DNA of 64,000 nucleotides from Dudresnaya verticillata. Lineage: Eukaryota. The DNA lies in NCBI GenBank assembly GCA_977862235.1, contig OZ374560.1:2418001-2482000 (forward strand), given 5' to 3'. Position numbers and translations under genes: made by a program. Below are positions 1 through 12,392 of this stretch, piece by piece. Positions within the stretch are counted from its first letter, which is position 1; every line of letters starts with the position of its first letter. The notes beneath the pieces were generated by a model. It ran no database searches and had not been told where the DNA came from. It saw nothing but the letters and a program-made list of their open reading frames with translations.

Positions 1-817
1 TAGATTTCACGGTTCCGCTGAGCGGCTTTCGGCTGTATTCAAGTTGCTACTGTACAGGTGAAGAAGCGGGAAAGACGGCTGTTTTTTCAGCAGCTCGACC
101 GAGTCACTCGTTTAATCGAGCTGCTGATTTTAGACATGTCCACACATTTCGAACGTGCTTTAATAGAGCCCTGCGGTGTGTAGCTATTGGCGAATATAAT
201 GTAATGTTGTAGATGTGTCACTACTACAACGCCCCAACATTCATAGAGTGTGCCGTTCTGAAATCATCATTGTTCGAAGCGCAGTGCCATGATGATAGTG
301 AGCTTGTCTCAGCCTCACTGCTGAACTCTGCATCGATTATTCCATTATTGTAAGTATGCGTCTTCTTGCGGACAAACTATATTAGACTTGAAAGTCACGC
401 TTGCATAGCGGCGCTTCGCACTGGGCACGATATCAGTGACGCGTCATGTGTGCAACGGTGTGGGGAAGACCGGGTCAGGAGGGCAAAGACGTGCGGACCC
501 TCGCGTGACATCACGCCACCGATATTGTAGCCCTTTCGAAAGTGTACTTCCTATACAACAACACAATACACACAGTTGGCTTTTTGGATTTGGCTCACAC
601 GGTCGCTGCCAAACATCTTGTCGCCCTTGCCATCAGGTGCGAGGAGCTCGACGTAGCTACCGTACTGCAGATGACTTCCAGGAAGCGAGGAACAAGCAAG
701 GTTTTCTCGTCCCCATCACTTCAACCATACAGTCTCGCGCCAGTGGTCCCACACGCTCACAGTCAACCAAGAGTGCGAAGATATAGCTTGTAGGTTCATT
801 TCCGACAAAAACACCCC

Positions 818-2170
818 ATGAAGATTCTGAAACTGAGCGGACTACGGTTTCGGCATCGTCTTGTCGCCTGTTTTATAGTGCTTTCATTCATCGTTTTCTG
901 TTACCCTCGAAAGACGCCCTCCATGGTATGCAAGCCAAAGTACAACTTACCGCCTATAACAAGCGAATGGCGTCAAGCTGCCAAAGAGACTGTTCTAAGG
1001 CATTTTCCGTGGGCAAGTACATCCGTTTTCGTTCCTCCAACCAAGGCGATGATACGCATTGACCGAAGGAACGAAGCTATTCGGCAACGCGGATACTTTG
1101 TCATTGGATACGACAACTACCACTCTAACACGCCTATTCCGAGAGGATACGACTTTTACGTGAGGTACTCTCCAGATCACATTGGTTCCCATTTTTACCT
1201 CAAGCCGAATGCCATACGCCTTGGAATTCAAGGTTGCCGGAAGAACACCAGATTCATCTACAAAGATAACGACGTTGTTCTTAAACCAGGAATAGAAGAT
1301 GGCTTCGAGAGGAACCGTATTACTTTTCAACGTGAGTTTTTTAACGATAGTGCGAATGCTGGTCTGATTATGGCCAGGAAATCTGGAAAAGTTAACGAAT
1401 TCATGTCGCTGTGGCAAGCCGGTGTTGGTCTTGCTGAAAACATAGAGCAGGATCAAACGGTTTTCCGAGCCATCCAATTTGGAAGAAAGAAAATGTTATC
1501 CTTAGCTCCGGCCGACTGGTACGGTATTCATGTCTACTCTGACACTTCCAACAGAAATATAGCTCTTCAATTCCTTCAAATCAAGTATTCCTCTACCATC
1601 TACTACATATATCTCTTCTGGGTAATTATTTTCTTGACCCTCGGAGTGCGGCATACTATTTTTGTAGTGAGTTTCAATAGATTTGAGAGTCTTCAGTGTG
1701 TTTCAATGCTTGGAAGACTTGTCTTAAAGATCGGTTCTGGCAACACAATACTACTGGCAACCCTACTCACCGTTCTTGGACTGGTTTCTTCGGATCCCTT
1801 CATGTTCACTTGTTTCATGGGAAAGAAAAGCACTACTCGGTCTCTAGATTACAATGCGGGATATCACTTGGTAACGGGATTGTACACTCGCTTGTGGATT
1901 GTCGGGGCAGACGTAGCCATAGGAAATGAAGAGATAGCGTGCAAAACAAGAAACGTTCTCAACTTGCCCCCTATTGTATTAGGAGCAGTGCTGGACACAT
2001 TTCATCTTCTGTCAACAGGATTCCCAGTGTTTCTACCGCTACAGTTTTTGATAGTTGGGAAGATATTGTCAATGTTTGTCAAATCTCTTCGACTACTTGA
2101 CACAGATGCTCTTCACGTCAAGTTGTTAGAGCGGTACGCAAATCCTACTTCTAGCAAGGTTATGGTATAG
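818..2170 (+). CDS. Hypothetical membrane protein, 450 aa
   Basis: Long uninterrupted ATG-initiated ORF. It has an N-terminal hydrophobic segment (LVACFIVLSFIVFCY), a soluble middle part and several C-terminal hydrophobic stretches. No family recognised. Confidence 0.5.
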   Translation: MKILKLSGLRFRHRLVACFIVLSFIVFCYPRKTPSMVCKPKYNLPPITSEWRQAAKETVLRHFPWASTSVFVPPTKAMIRIDRRNEAIRQRGYFVIGYDNYHSNTPIPRGYDFYVRYSPDHIGSHFYLKPNAIRLGIQGCRKNTRFIYKDNDVVLKPGIEDGFERNRITFQREFFNDSANAGLIMARKSGKVNEFMSLWQAGVGLAENIEQDQTVFRAIQFGRKKMLSLAPADWYGIHVYSDTSNRNIALQFLQIKYSSTIYYIYLFWVIIFLTLGVRHTIFVVSFNRFESLQCVSMLGRLVLKIGSGNTILLATLLTVLGLVSSDPFMFTCFMGKKSTTRSLDYNAGYHLVTGLYTRLWIVGADVAIGNEEIACKTRNVLNLPPIVLGAVLDTFHLLSTGFPVFLPLQFLIVGKILSMFVKSLRLLDTDALHVKLLERYANPTSSKVMV

Positions 2171-2899
2171 CATATTTCCAGGCTTGTTTCTCCTTCCTTG
2201 TCAATAACAACAGATGATCATGGCGGGCCCTTCGCCAATCAGGAACCTCACAAGCGGGAAGCTACATCACATAATCCATCGCCATGAAGTCGAACTGAGA
2301 ACACCTATTGACTCCAAAGTCTATTCAAAATGTGGCATTATTCTTGCCTTTGCGCAAAATAACTAGCTAACATTTCTAAGGCTGTATGAGGGATTGAGAC
2401 TAAAAGCAGTTCCATAACAAGAATTCTGAACTTGGAGCTCCAGTATTACGTTCTATTTCTACCATGGGCATTCCGATTGACGAAACTTGCCGCTTGGGCT
2501 TCAGTGCTTTCCAAGACCCTCTGCTATCCCCGACTCAAACACAGCCGCATAGTACTAGTCCAGTATTAAATTTAGAGTTGATCCCGTAGTTCAATCTCTT
2601 TGTTGCTTTTTGGTCTACTTTGCTCGTCGGAACATTCATCTACCAATAGGCGCATTCCCCTGGGCCCTCAATCGCAACCATGGCGAACCCTTCAAGACGT
2701 AAAGGCAAAAACCTCCTCTTATCTTTCCTCAGACCTTCGCGTTCGTCCTCGACCACAGGCAATATAACGGTCTGGTAATAGATCTTGCCTATAGGCCATC
2801 TCAGCCGATGCAAATGCCCCCTCAAGCTGGTCTCTTTAAAAGCTAGACAACACGTTCCGTTTCTCATCGATTCTTTTCCATATCCTGTTCTACCACCCA

Positions 2900-3180
2900 G
2901 GCTCGCGAAGAAAACTAGGTTCGCAAAAATATCATTATCCTCGTTTTCGTGAACGCGACCGTATGAGTCCTACTCAATCGTGATGGATATTTTCCTGACA
3001 ATTGGTTGTGATAGTGGTCCAGGGTTTGATTGCGTTCTCGAGCGTATTGGCAGCTTCCTCGCTATTGTAAATGGGCAAGGACCTTTACCGAGAGTTGGAA
3101 AGGATCTCTTTCCTACTGCTGAGAAAATCATCCTCTGACTTGGCTGACTTCACTGGTTGTTCAAAGTGGTGCAATATTAG
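2900..3180 (+). pseudogene. Degenerate 3' fragment of RLE-type non-LTR retrotransposon
   Basis: Translates as MDIFLTIG..GPGFDCVLERIGSFLAIVNG..AEKI..LTSLVVQSGA, which parallels MDIYGAIGSGFDRGAQRVANFLAAMKG..SEKL..LTSLVLQSVA at 4349-4558. Contains stops and indels. Confidence 0.45.
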
Positions 3181-4321
3181 CCATTCAGCGTAGACTACTT
3201 GATATCAGTACTGCATAACAATGTTCTTCATAGTCATTCTTATTCCCAGCTACAGACCTCATCTTTTACGAGCGCAACAATCCGGCCCTGTTATGTTGTT
3301 CACAGGGTCCGGACTCCCCTTGTTCTGCAGAGCCACTGACCAGTCGCCCCCCCATTCAGCCCCGACAACCACATCGCAACGACTATTTGTCCTTTGCGCA
3401 GCACTCCTAGTTAAAGGACCCCTGCCCCCATGGGCCATGGGCCATGGGACGCAGTACACTTTTGCACTCTCGGACGGTGTGCGGGCGAGCGTACGGGCCT
3501 TCGCCTGCCCGCGCGTGGCAGCTTGGAGCAGTAAAGAAATAGCCATCGGGTTTTCACAGTGAAGCTGGCGACTGTAATCACGCTTCCGGTCGCGCTTCTG
3601 GGATCCTGTCAGTTTAGAAGTAAGAAATAAAGGCATTCTGCTGCTCGGCAGCTACTGTACAGAACAATTGTCGTTCGAGTCATTAAACCAATTGAACTAT
3701 TGGGTTAAGCAGAATTATTAATGCATCACTAGGGCATTCTAGTGAGCTGCTCTGGACCTTCTGTGTTGAATTGGATTGCTTTATTATGGTAAGGTTCGCA
3801 AGATTCTGGGACTCATTGTAATTCTTGTCTGTGCTATATGCGCATTTAGCTTAAATGAATGACAAATAGGGAGTCGTTGAGTTTATAATGTATGCGTTTG
3901 AGTTTGGCCTTCCCTACTCAATTTCTGTGTGAATTACGTCCCGTCAGAGCCTTTGCGGCTTGCTACGTAAGTGTCGTGTGCTACGGAAACATGGGGCGCG
4001 CAAGAGACACCGCACGTACAGGGAACAGACACGTTTGCTTTGCTATAATGGCTCTTAACGAAGAAATTAATGGAAAATTCTACCGAGTGCTCTTTATTGC
4101 GAGATGATGCCATAGACAAAAGCCCGATCATCAGAGTACTGTAGGATACGCACCTTTTGGTCATGCGAGCGGCCCAGATCCTTCAAGCTTCACCCGATTC
4201 CGAGCCGACTTTTAAAGCACCGCGTCACATTTTCACTACTGTACCTCGGTTATCAGCAAGTAAGAGTTCAGGCCTATTCTTACCTACTGTGAGATGAGAT
4301 GGAGACCTTTATGCATAGGAA

Positions 4322-4831
4322 AGACTACAGCCCCGTAAGGGGGCTTATCTAAAACTCATCTGAAAGGCGACGGTCGAAGAGTAAACGGCGGTTAACAGCC
4401 ACCGCGACAGATTGAAGTACAAGAGAGGTGAGGTGGGTGAGAAGAGATAGTTTCTCAGATATCGGCGAAGTGCCCTTCATAGCAGCTAGGAAATTCGCCA
4501 CGCGCTGAGCGCCTCGATCGAACCCAGAACCAATGGCACCATAGATGTCCATCACCATAGGATGGAGTTCTATCCGGTTGGTAGAACATAAGCGACGATA
4601 ATGACGGGCTTTAGCTTGCTCGCGGCGGTGAAAGAGACGACCAGATAGCTGATCTTAACGCTTGATCCCTCCATACCAGGTGATGCGTTCATGTACTACG
4701 GTAGAGTTCGTTCGACCCGAAACCAGCGTCAATGACTCCAGCAACGCATCCATCTCGCGATTTCCCAACATGCACAGGGAGGCTTCTGCGCTCGATTGTA
4801 TGTGTCAACCCATCTCGGATAACCCTGGAGT
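4322..4831 (-). mobile_element. 5'-truncated non-LTR retrotransposon (restriction-like endonuclease C-terminus, CRE/R2-type) with 3' UTR
   Basis: Minus-strand GNREMD..TVVHER..REQAKARHYRRLC..HPMVMDIYGAIG..LVLQSVAVAVNRR fits the RLE PD-(D/E)xK C-terminal pattern. The 3' UTR has a hairpin AGCCCC-GTAAG-GGGGCT. The end is repeated at 9765-9925. Confidence 0.6.
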
Positions 4832-5414
4832 TGTAACACCCGAGCAGCGCAGCTCGCCTGGGAGTACTCCCGGCACAGGGAGCCTGGGGCAGTGCGGACA
4901 GGTGCAATCCCAGCAAGGGAGCCTGTCGGGAAAGAGTACTACCTGTACTCGGACCCTGCCAGCATAGGCAACGCTGTACACTGTACAGTGTATGGTACCT
5001 CCTCTCTGCAGCACAGCAGTGCCTGGACATGCCTCTCTATCTGATTGGATGTCTGCAGGGTACCCTGCCTGGGTACAGGACTGTATTGTGCAATACGACG
5101 CTCCGTCCGTCGTCGCCGGCCGACGCGACGGCGGCAGCGCGCGAATAACTGCGCCAGCCTGGATCTGCCCGATCCAAGGCGGAGGCTGCGATCGTGCAGT
5201 CCACTAAATAGCGTGGGTCGTACGACCTGAGCAGCACAGCTCACACTCTGCTTTTTACCTAATAAAGGCAGCCCGCGGGCGTCAGCACAGACGAGGGAAC
5301 TCCCAACAACCCGCGGTGACCTAGCCTCCAACCTCGCCTTCCGCTTTTCCCTTTCTATCTCCTTTATCAACCACCGCGTACGCGAGTGGCTCTCTTTGTC
5401 CGGACTGCGTTACA
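4832..5414. mobile_element. Solo LTR (583 bp)
   Basis: Inverted termini TGTAAC...GTTACA, flanked by a 4-bp direct repeat GAGT (4828-4831, 5415-5418). AATAAA at 5261. Confidence 0.65.
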
Positions 5415-5760
5415 GAGTACACCTGGACTACGATCTTTCTCGCAGCAGCTTCCCGTCTCTCCCAGTTCCAACGACTAGTATTATATGTACCTTGTGTGTT
5501 CTAAAACCTGTTCTACGGTACTAGCTTTGCAATCCAGAGACGTAACGAGTCAGAGATTTAAGGCGACGGCTGTCTCGCAAAGTCTCCCTCGTTCGCCCCT
5601 TGCCCCGTCATGTCCTCTTGTCTCGTCACGGGACTAGGGGGAGTTCATTGTTTAGATGCGCGAGCGCTCGGGATCAGAGAGAGAGAGGAGACCTTTATTA
5701 AATCGGGATCAGAGAGATGCGGCTGTGGTTTGGCATTGCTCCAGAAAGCATCGCTGAGGT

Positions 5761-5867
5761 AGGGGTGTACGAAATATGAAGAGAGCTTGCAGGGGTGTAC
5801 GAAATATGAAGAGAGCTTGCCTGCAAGCTCTCTTCATATTGCAGGCAAGCTCTCTTCATATTTCGTA
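5761..5867. repeat. 30-bp tandem duplication plus inverted copies
   Basis: AGGGGTGTACGAAATATGAAGAGAGCTTGC occurs twice (5761-5820). 5798-5824 and 5841-5867 form a perfect 27-bp inverted repeat. Confidence 0.9.
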
Positions 5868-8275
5868 AGCAAGCTTGCAGTGCAGACCGACCCATTACAA
5901 AATGTATGATAGAGTGCGTGACTTTCATTACCAGTACACGTTTGGGAAGCTGTCCACATACTGGAAACCAACTAAGCGAGCAAAAGTATTTCATACATAT
6001 GACCTTGGAGATTGTCTCCAGCTCGCACGCACCCGCACCCGCGTGATTTGATCGCGCGACCTCCATGGCTGTGATGGCTGGAGGGGACTCCGAGCCAGGT
6101 GACTTGCGGTAACCTACAGGGTGAAGGCAAAAGCTTCGGCTGCGATGCCGGGAGTTTAGTGAGAGTGATATCCGAGACGGTATAAGTACTACAGAATCGT
6201 GGAGGGAGAGCGACGGCGGCGAGTCCATGACACATGGCCACGTTGCCACGGGGCGGACGCCGTATCGGAGTCCTCAAAGAGGTGCAACGCCGTTCCGGTG
6301 AAATAGCCAAGCGCACAGCTGGCTACAATGGCGGACCAAGGAAAAAGAAAACACTAAGATATTGGAGCTTCCCTACGCTGTGATGTTCCCTACTTTTCAT
6401 CCTGCCTTCAGTAGTTATCCAATGTGTTTGACGGTATTTGGAAAGAGCGATTTAAGGCACTGCAAGTTGCAGTCTGCAAGTACCAAGTAATTATTCAAGA
6501 TGCTTTGTCTCTAGTCCGTATTATGCTGCCTATTGCATTTATTCGTGTGCTGTAAAGCCTGTACGGAAATGAAAAGGTACTACTAAGGATAGAGAGCAAT
6601 GCCAATCGTTCTACGGTTTATCGATCATAAGCTATCAACGATACTTTCGTCGATACTCTGTTATATATATCGTATGAGCAATCCCGATATGCCATCAGGA
6701 TGAATGCGCTCAAGCCAACGAGAACTGGACCAACGCAGAATGTTCGAGGCCTCCATATAAGGACAATAACAGTCCTAGAGCCACCACTCTACCGTGGTAA
6801 GTTCCGTCCTTTCTCCCACCCACCCGCTCCTTTTCACACAGACTTTAAGTTCACAAGTTACCGTCCATTCTGGTCATGCAGACCTGGCAAAACAATGCAG
6901 AAATAGACTTTCTTTGCATTACTCACTTCTGAATGAAGTGGGTCTTTAAGAATAAAGGCTACATTTCCTTTTCACTGCGAGATCTCCAGATCCGCCCGAA
7001 CTCACTCGTACATGAATGCGTTGCATTGCTGTCAAGAGGCTTAGGTTGGATAGCCGTCGTCCGCCCCGTTGTACAACATCTGGGTCAGAACGTCTTGCAC
7101 ACGTCGTCCACCTCTCTCATTCCGTCAGTCCCTTTTCGAGCTGTCAACGAATCTGCTCTGGAAAACACCGGACTGGGCGGTGCAACGTTGGAGCTGTGCA
7201 GCTGTGGCGGAGAGAAGCGGAGTAACGTAAGCATCTCAGCAATGATCCCCGCAGACCCCTTTCATTCGCTCAGAACCGACATCACCATAATCAGAACCGA
7301 ACGGCAGTGGGAAAGCCTTCCTCAGATCATGATATTAGACTTTGTACACCTGCATGGTTCGTATTCTTTGTAGGTTAAGCAGCTACCCATTCGTTTCTCT
7401 GCTTCTTCATCTAATCCTTTCACTCGAGTAGGCCTTCAAAAGACCCGTCTGATGAAGGGATTATTTTGCATTTGATCACGGTATTTTGAAAACATAGGGT
7501 GGAGTAGCAAGCCAGTTTCTCGACACTGTCCACCGCGTGCGGTTAGTATGTACAAGTACGTGGAGAAAACCTACATCAGTCGAGTCAGCCGCAGTTTCAG
7601 AACTGAGAGCGTGTCATGCGCCTTGTATCGTTGTATTGTATCTTTTTCCATTAGCTCATAACATACAAGGTGACTCTGTGCTGCCTTTTTTGGACAATAG
7701 TGTAGCTGAAGCAGTAGTCGCGGTTGTTCAAGTTGTTCTGTGAAGGCATTTAACAGATCCGTTGAAGTTATTCAATGAAAGCATTAAACTAGGCCCTGGG
7801 CCATTTAATCAACAGAGCTACGTCAAGTGCGAGCGTTTGTCAAGCAATCTCTATTCATACGACAATCCAATAATTGTAACGTAGCAAAGACACGTTCATA
7901 TCTCTGACTAAAGTAAAACGCTTCATATTAGTAAAATCATGGTGTTACGTGGACATACTAGTAAAAACGTGGCGACATCACATGGATGACGTGAACAGCT
8001 CATGAAATCTGGAGGGTCGAAGCCTTTGCGTAGAGAAGCATTTTGGCGACGAGTTATGTTAAAATCATCATTGCTGCGAGCATACAGTACCCAGTGAGCG
8101 ATCTCCTTTCTCTCAAGAGAAGGCGAAAACAGATATAAAACACCAAACCCCCACGCCCTTTGCTTATCCGAGGACTCAATCCTTTCAGCCAGGCGCGAAA
8201 GTTTATTCATCACAAACCACAACTACTTCCTTGAACCTGCCCCCCTCTGCACTTCACCGGAATTTCCCTACGAAA

Positions 8276-8545
8276 ATGAAGCTGCTGGGGTTTTTCATAG
8301 CAGCTCTTCTCTCCTTCGCTCCCGCGGTCACCGCATTTTCAGGAGAATCCGAATGTCTATTGGGGAATGATGGAGAAGTTCCATGTATTTCTACTAACCA
8401 CACTCTTTCCACTGTGCGCCAAGAAGACAGTATTCCCTGTGAAAATGGTTATTCTCGAACTGAAAAGGCAAATAACGTCATCCTCAAGCCTGAAGGACTC
8501 AATATTCTATCGGTTCATCTGGGAAATGAGTTTATTGCTGCATAG
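8276..8545 (+). CDS. Small putative secreted protein, 89 aa
   Basis: AAAATG context, signal peptide MKLLGFFIAALLSFAPAVTA, three Cys, TATAAAA at 8134-8140. Confidence 0.5.
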   Translation: MKLLGFFIAALLSFAPAVTAFSGESECLLGNDGEVPCISTNHTLSTVRQEDSIPCENGYSRTEKANNVILKPEGLNILSVHLGNEFIAA

Positions 8546-8931
8546 ATAGAGAGAGAGACAAACTTTACTTAGAATGGAAAGAAGCCCCATAAGCCCTTAC
8601 ATACCCTAATGAAAGGGAGCCAAACGGCTGTCACTCAATAGACCGTAGGACAGTTTGCGTCGATTGGCTCTGAGAGCTCAGATTGGAGAACAAAAGACAC
8701 AAGCAGGGCTATCGGGCAATTAATTGCAATGCACAATAGCAGTAGCACATTGAGTTTCAGGATACAAATTGCAATTCTTGTTGTAGTGACATTGTATATT
8801 GCAATACCTATTGGGTTGAGTGGTAATATTGGAAGCCCTATAGCCAAGTGCAGTATGCGACACACATATGTGCGGTTCTGTGCGCGAGTGGCATCTGTAA
8901 GTGCTGGATCCCGAGAATATATCGTTTTCTA

Positions 8932-9020
8932 GACCTTGCTGAGAAGCCTGCTCTATTAACGTCCCTTACTACGCTCGTTCTTCAATCTGTTGCAGTTAGC
9001 GTGAATCGCCGCAACCTACC
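8932..9020 (+). pseudogene. Short 3' fragment of a related RLE non-LTR element
   Basis: AEKPALLTSLTTLVLQSVAVSVNRR matches SEKLSLLTHLTSLVLQSVAVAVNRR at 4390-4460. Confidence 0.55.
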
Positions 9021-9764
9021 CCCTCCTCCTGTTATGTATCCAGGTAATTGGACCCTTTCCTAGTGTGGAAAACTCCGGTTCTTGAGCTGTCGGATACTGG
9101 TAACGCGGTTGAAGGATTCGGCTGGGGCTCGATGGTGGCAAGGTCGCTTCCCTCTCCCCTCTTGGAGCTTACCGTCTGGTCGGGTCGCGCTGCCTTTACT
9201 ACAGACAGTCAGTACAATACAGTACTTTGGTAATCGGTTAGCGGATGCGCAGCGTACTGTGTACACCAGACTGTACGCATATGCGTGTGGCCACTCCGCA
9301 TACGCCAGACAACAGTCCAACTAGCACGAAACGGTCAGGTCTATCGATGCTGTAATGGCGGCGGATGCGGCAAAGGTAAGGCGGCGGATGCAGGTGAAGG
9401 TAATGGTGTCGGATACCGTTCTTCATTCCTTCACCAAACAGCACGCCAAACTTCGCTCGCTCTAGCCGTCCAAAACTATTCTCGCGGCAGGGTTCTACAC
9501 CAGGCTTGCTCCTTAGAATAACATAAAGCTGTGTGCTTATCTTCCTCAAAATAAATGAACGGTTTTTGGACGCGAAGCTGTCACAATCACATATATCGTT
9601 CCGAAGGGCGCATGCAGTAAAACAGCATCACATTACACAAACTTATTGCACGGCGTAGGCATACACCGCACTGCATATGCAGATCTTATTGGGGCGTGAT
9701 GGCGGAAATATTGCAATATGTACTGCCGAAGGGGACAGGGGTGCGTGCGTGAGCACTTTCGACG

Positions 9765-9925
9765 AGACTACAGCCCCGTAAGGGGGGCTTACCTAAAACT
9801 CATCTGAAAGGCGATGGTGGAAGAGTAAACGACAGTTAACAATCGCCGCGATAGGTTGAAGTACAAGAGAGGTGAGGTGGGTGAGGAGAGATAGTTTTGC
9901 GGATATCGGCGCAGTACCCTTCATA
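9765..9925 (-). mobile_element. 160-bp 3' end of the same non-LTR family as 4322-4481
   Basis: Direct nucleotide similarity to 4322-4481 with the same terminus (AGACTACAGCCCCGTAAGGGGG...). Confidence 0.75.
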
Positions 9926-10082
9926 CGTGTATTCCCTTTTTTCATCAGAAGTCTACAAGCTCCTTATGGGGCTTAGCAAGGGCTGGTCTCTCGGCGACGG
10001 TCTACCGGTTTACGCCGGATAATAGCCTCAGCCAACGCATTTTGGAACTAAAGAAGTGAGACGAGTAAGATGGCACAGTATG

Positions 10083-12102
10083 TGTAGTCGGACTGAAACT
10101 GAACGGTGACAAACTCCAGGTGTCTTGATGCAGTAACTGAGATGGTTTTTAGCAAAGTAGAGAGAGTTAGAGAATTGAGATAGTTTTATTTGCGTTCAAC
10201 GTCTTTGCCCTTTACCGTCTTCGTCTCTTGCGAAGTAGTACAGGAACTATGTGAGGTAAAAACTAAATCGCGTGCCTCCGTGCGTCCGAAGATACTCGCA
10301 GTACCTGTAGTGCAACGCCCGAGCAGCAGGCGTTGTGTGGTATAGACGCTATCCTCGAAAAGACTCCGTGGTCGACGTGAAAATAATCGAGAAATACGAA
10401 TTTCGAAGTGACTCCGTGAATGCGCGCGCCACGATGGCAAACGTATTACAGTGCGCATACTGTGCGCGCGCCACGATGGCATTCGCATTACAGCCCGCAC
10501 GCGATACGAAATCGCTGACACCCCCGGACGAATTCCGAACTGACTTCGTGATCACGCGCGCCACGATGGCATTCGCATTACAGTGCGCACCCGATACGAA
10601 ATCGCTGACACCTTCGTGATCTTCCCGTCGTTTCCTGCGCGTAACGGCACCGCGGCCCACGACGCGCGTGCACCTCCGTATGCATCGTTGGCGCACTTCG
10701 TAACCGCCACCATACGTGAGACGACCGTTCGTTGGCACCGAGGCCGTTACGAATCATTCGAGTACGAACCGTCTCCTGCGTTGACGTGTATTCGTGCTCA
10801 CGTAGTATTACTTAGCCAGTCGTCTGGCACAACCTCCGAGGGTTTCCGGTAAGCGACTAGCGCCCGGACCTCGGAGTCTTCGGTAAACGCATGTTTCTTC
10901 GAGTTCGGTGTCTTGGTCTTCGTGACCGCGGATACGGTCGAGCCTCGCTTTCGATAGCCCCGCGCACCCGGAATCATCCCTGATGATCGATCGCTCGCGT
11001 TCTCCCATCCGCACACGAATACGTTGACACCGTAGTCCTTCGTGTTGGTCGCTCCGCTCTACCACGCTACCACCCCTTTTCGTTTCTCCGTCAGGCTACG
11101 AGGCCATTCTTTGGGCTCCGAGGCCATTCCTTACAGTGCGAGACTTCCCCGCGTCACCGTGGACTTCGTTTTACCACAGGTTGCCCTGACCGGTGTCCGA
11201 AGTGGTCCTCCCACGTGTGGTGGCTGGCGCCAGCGGTGAGACCGGCACCGGGGGTGGTAGAGCTGTGGTACACGGGGTGTTCCCCGGATGGTAGGTAGAA
11301 CACGGTCGGGTCGGCTGTAAAGCCCCGACCGAGCTGGAGTGGTTCACCACGTACGTACAAAAGCAGCCAAACAAGGGCGTCCGGTAGCAACCACGGTGCG
11401 TGCCGGTGTGAAGCGGGTTACGTAGCCCAAGTCGCAAGCGGTGTCGTCACCGGTAGCGAGGATGGGGTACCCAGACTTCAAGGACCGACTTGGCGATTTA
11501 CTGAGAGGGGGATTTGTCCCGTATACTAAGTACTCTCGCGGGGAGGTGCGCGCGCGTGTCAGGAACTATGCGCCTGCCACTTGTCGCGCGCGCGCCCCGA
11601 GAGCTCGCTAAAATATCGCCCTAAAATATTTAACTATAATTACTACGCTCGCACTGTAAATCATTGTAATACAAGGGTGCGCATTGTTGGCGCGCATCCG
11701 TACGAGGACTCCATCGCATATATGTGGCGCGTGTGTGTGCCTATACACGTGGGTGAATGGGCACACGTGTGTGAGTGTGAAACAGCGGGCGTCCGCGCAA
11801 AACGAGGGTCTGGTCGCTGCACCACAGTACCATCGTGCTTTAAGGTCTGCTAAATCGCACTCTCCTCACTCCAACCATCCCGCTCTCGCTACCTCACGAG
11901 AGCGTTATTGTTTTTTGTAAGAGATTGAGTGCCATGCATGACTTGTATCGCTGCACTTTGAATATTTTGTATCCAGCAGATACAAATCCCCTCCTGCCAG
12001 AAATGCCGACCCTTCAGAAAGTCCGTTCTTCAACTGCACTTTATCAAGTGCATTTGTTTTTCAGTTTTTCATATTAGAGAGACTTGTCTGCGTTCGGCCA
12101 CA
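10083..12102 (-). repeat. Copia 3' LTR (split by solo LTR insertion)
   Basis: 10083-10305 plus 11832-12102 match 29648-30151. A purine tract (minus-strand AAAAATGGGATG) lies at 12103-12114. Confidence 0.9.
10306..11826. mobile_element. Solo LTR (1521 bp) inserted in Copia LTR
   Basis: Termini TGTAGTGCAACG...CGCTGCACCACA and 5-bp TSD GTACC (10301-10305, 11827-11831). Absent from the sister LTR. Internal tandem repeats at ~10420-10612. Confidence 0.88.
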
Positions 12103-12392
12103 CATCCCATTTTTCATGGCCGAAGTCGTAAAGATTGAAACATCATCATCTTGAACAAAAAAAAAGAAGCATTAACATTCAGTGATTAATTCACTGCGGC
12201 TTTTGGGGTCCCCCCAAGCGGAAGGGAGCATGCTCCTGTGCACAGATGATGCCGATTCATCTGCCCTTCCATTTTCCAGATCACGGCGCTGCTTCTCCAA
12301 GCTGCGCTACTCCTCTCTTCTCAAGTCCCAGTAGATATTCTAAATTGACTAACTAAATATGTCTCTTAGGACCCACTGATTAGCAGAAACGT

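Noticed and set aside
2640..2867. 75-aa minus ORF possibly another RLE remnant
   Set aside because: Similarity to the other fragments is too weak to support by eye.
3428..3448. CCATGGG x3
   Set aside because: Simple slippage repeat with no wider structure.
9064..9499. Possible old solo LTR (TGTGGAAAAC...GGTTCTACA)
   Set aside because: Flanks CCTAG and CCAGG are not a clean TSD, and there is no second copy in the window.
11500..11826. PPT-like GAGAGGGGGA followed by TG inside the 1.5-kb insertion, suggesting a mini element with two LTRs
   Set aside because: No matching direct repeat at the other end; a solo LTR is simpler.
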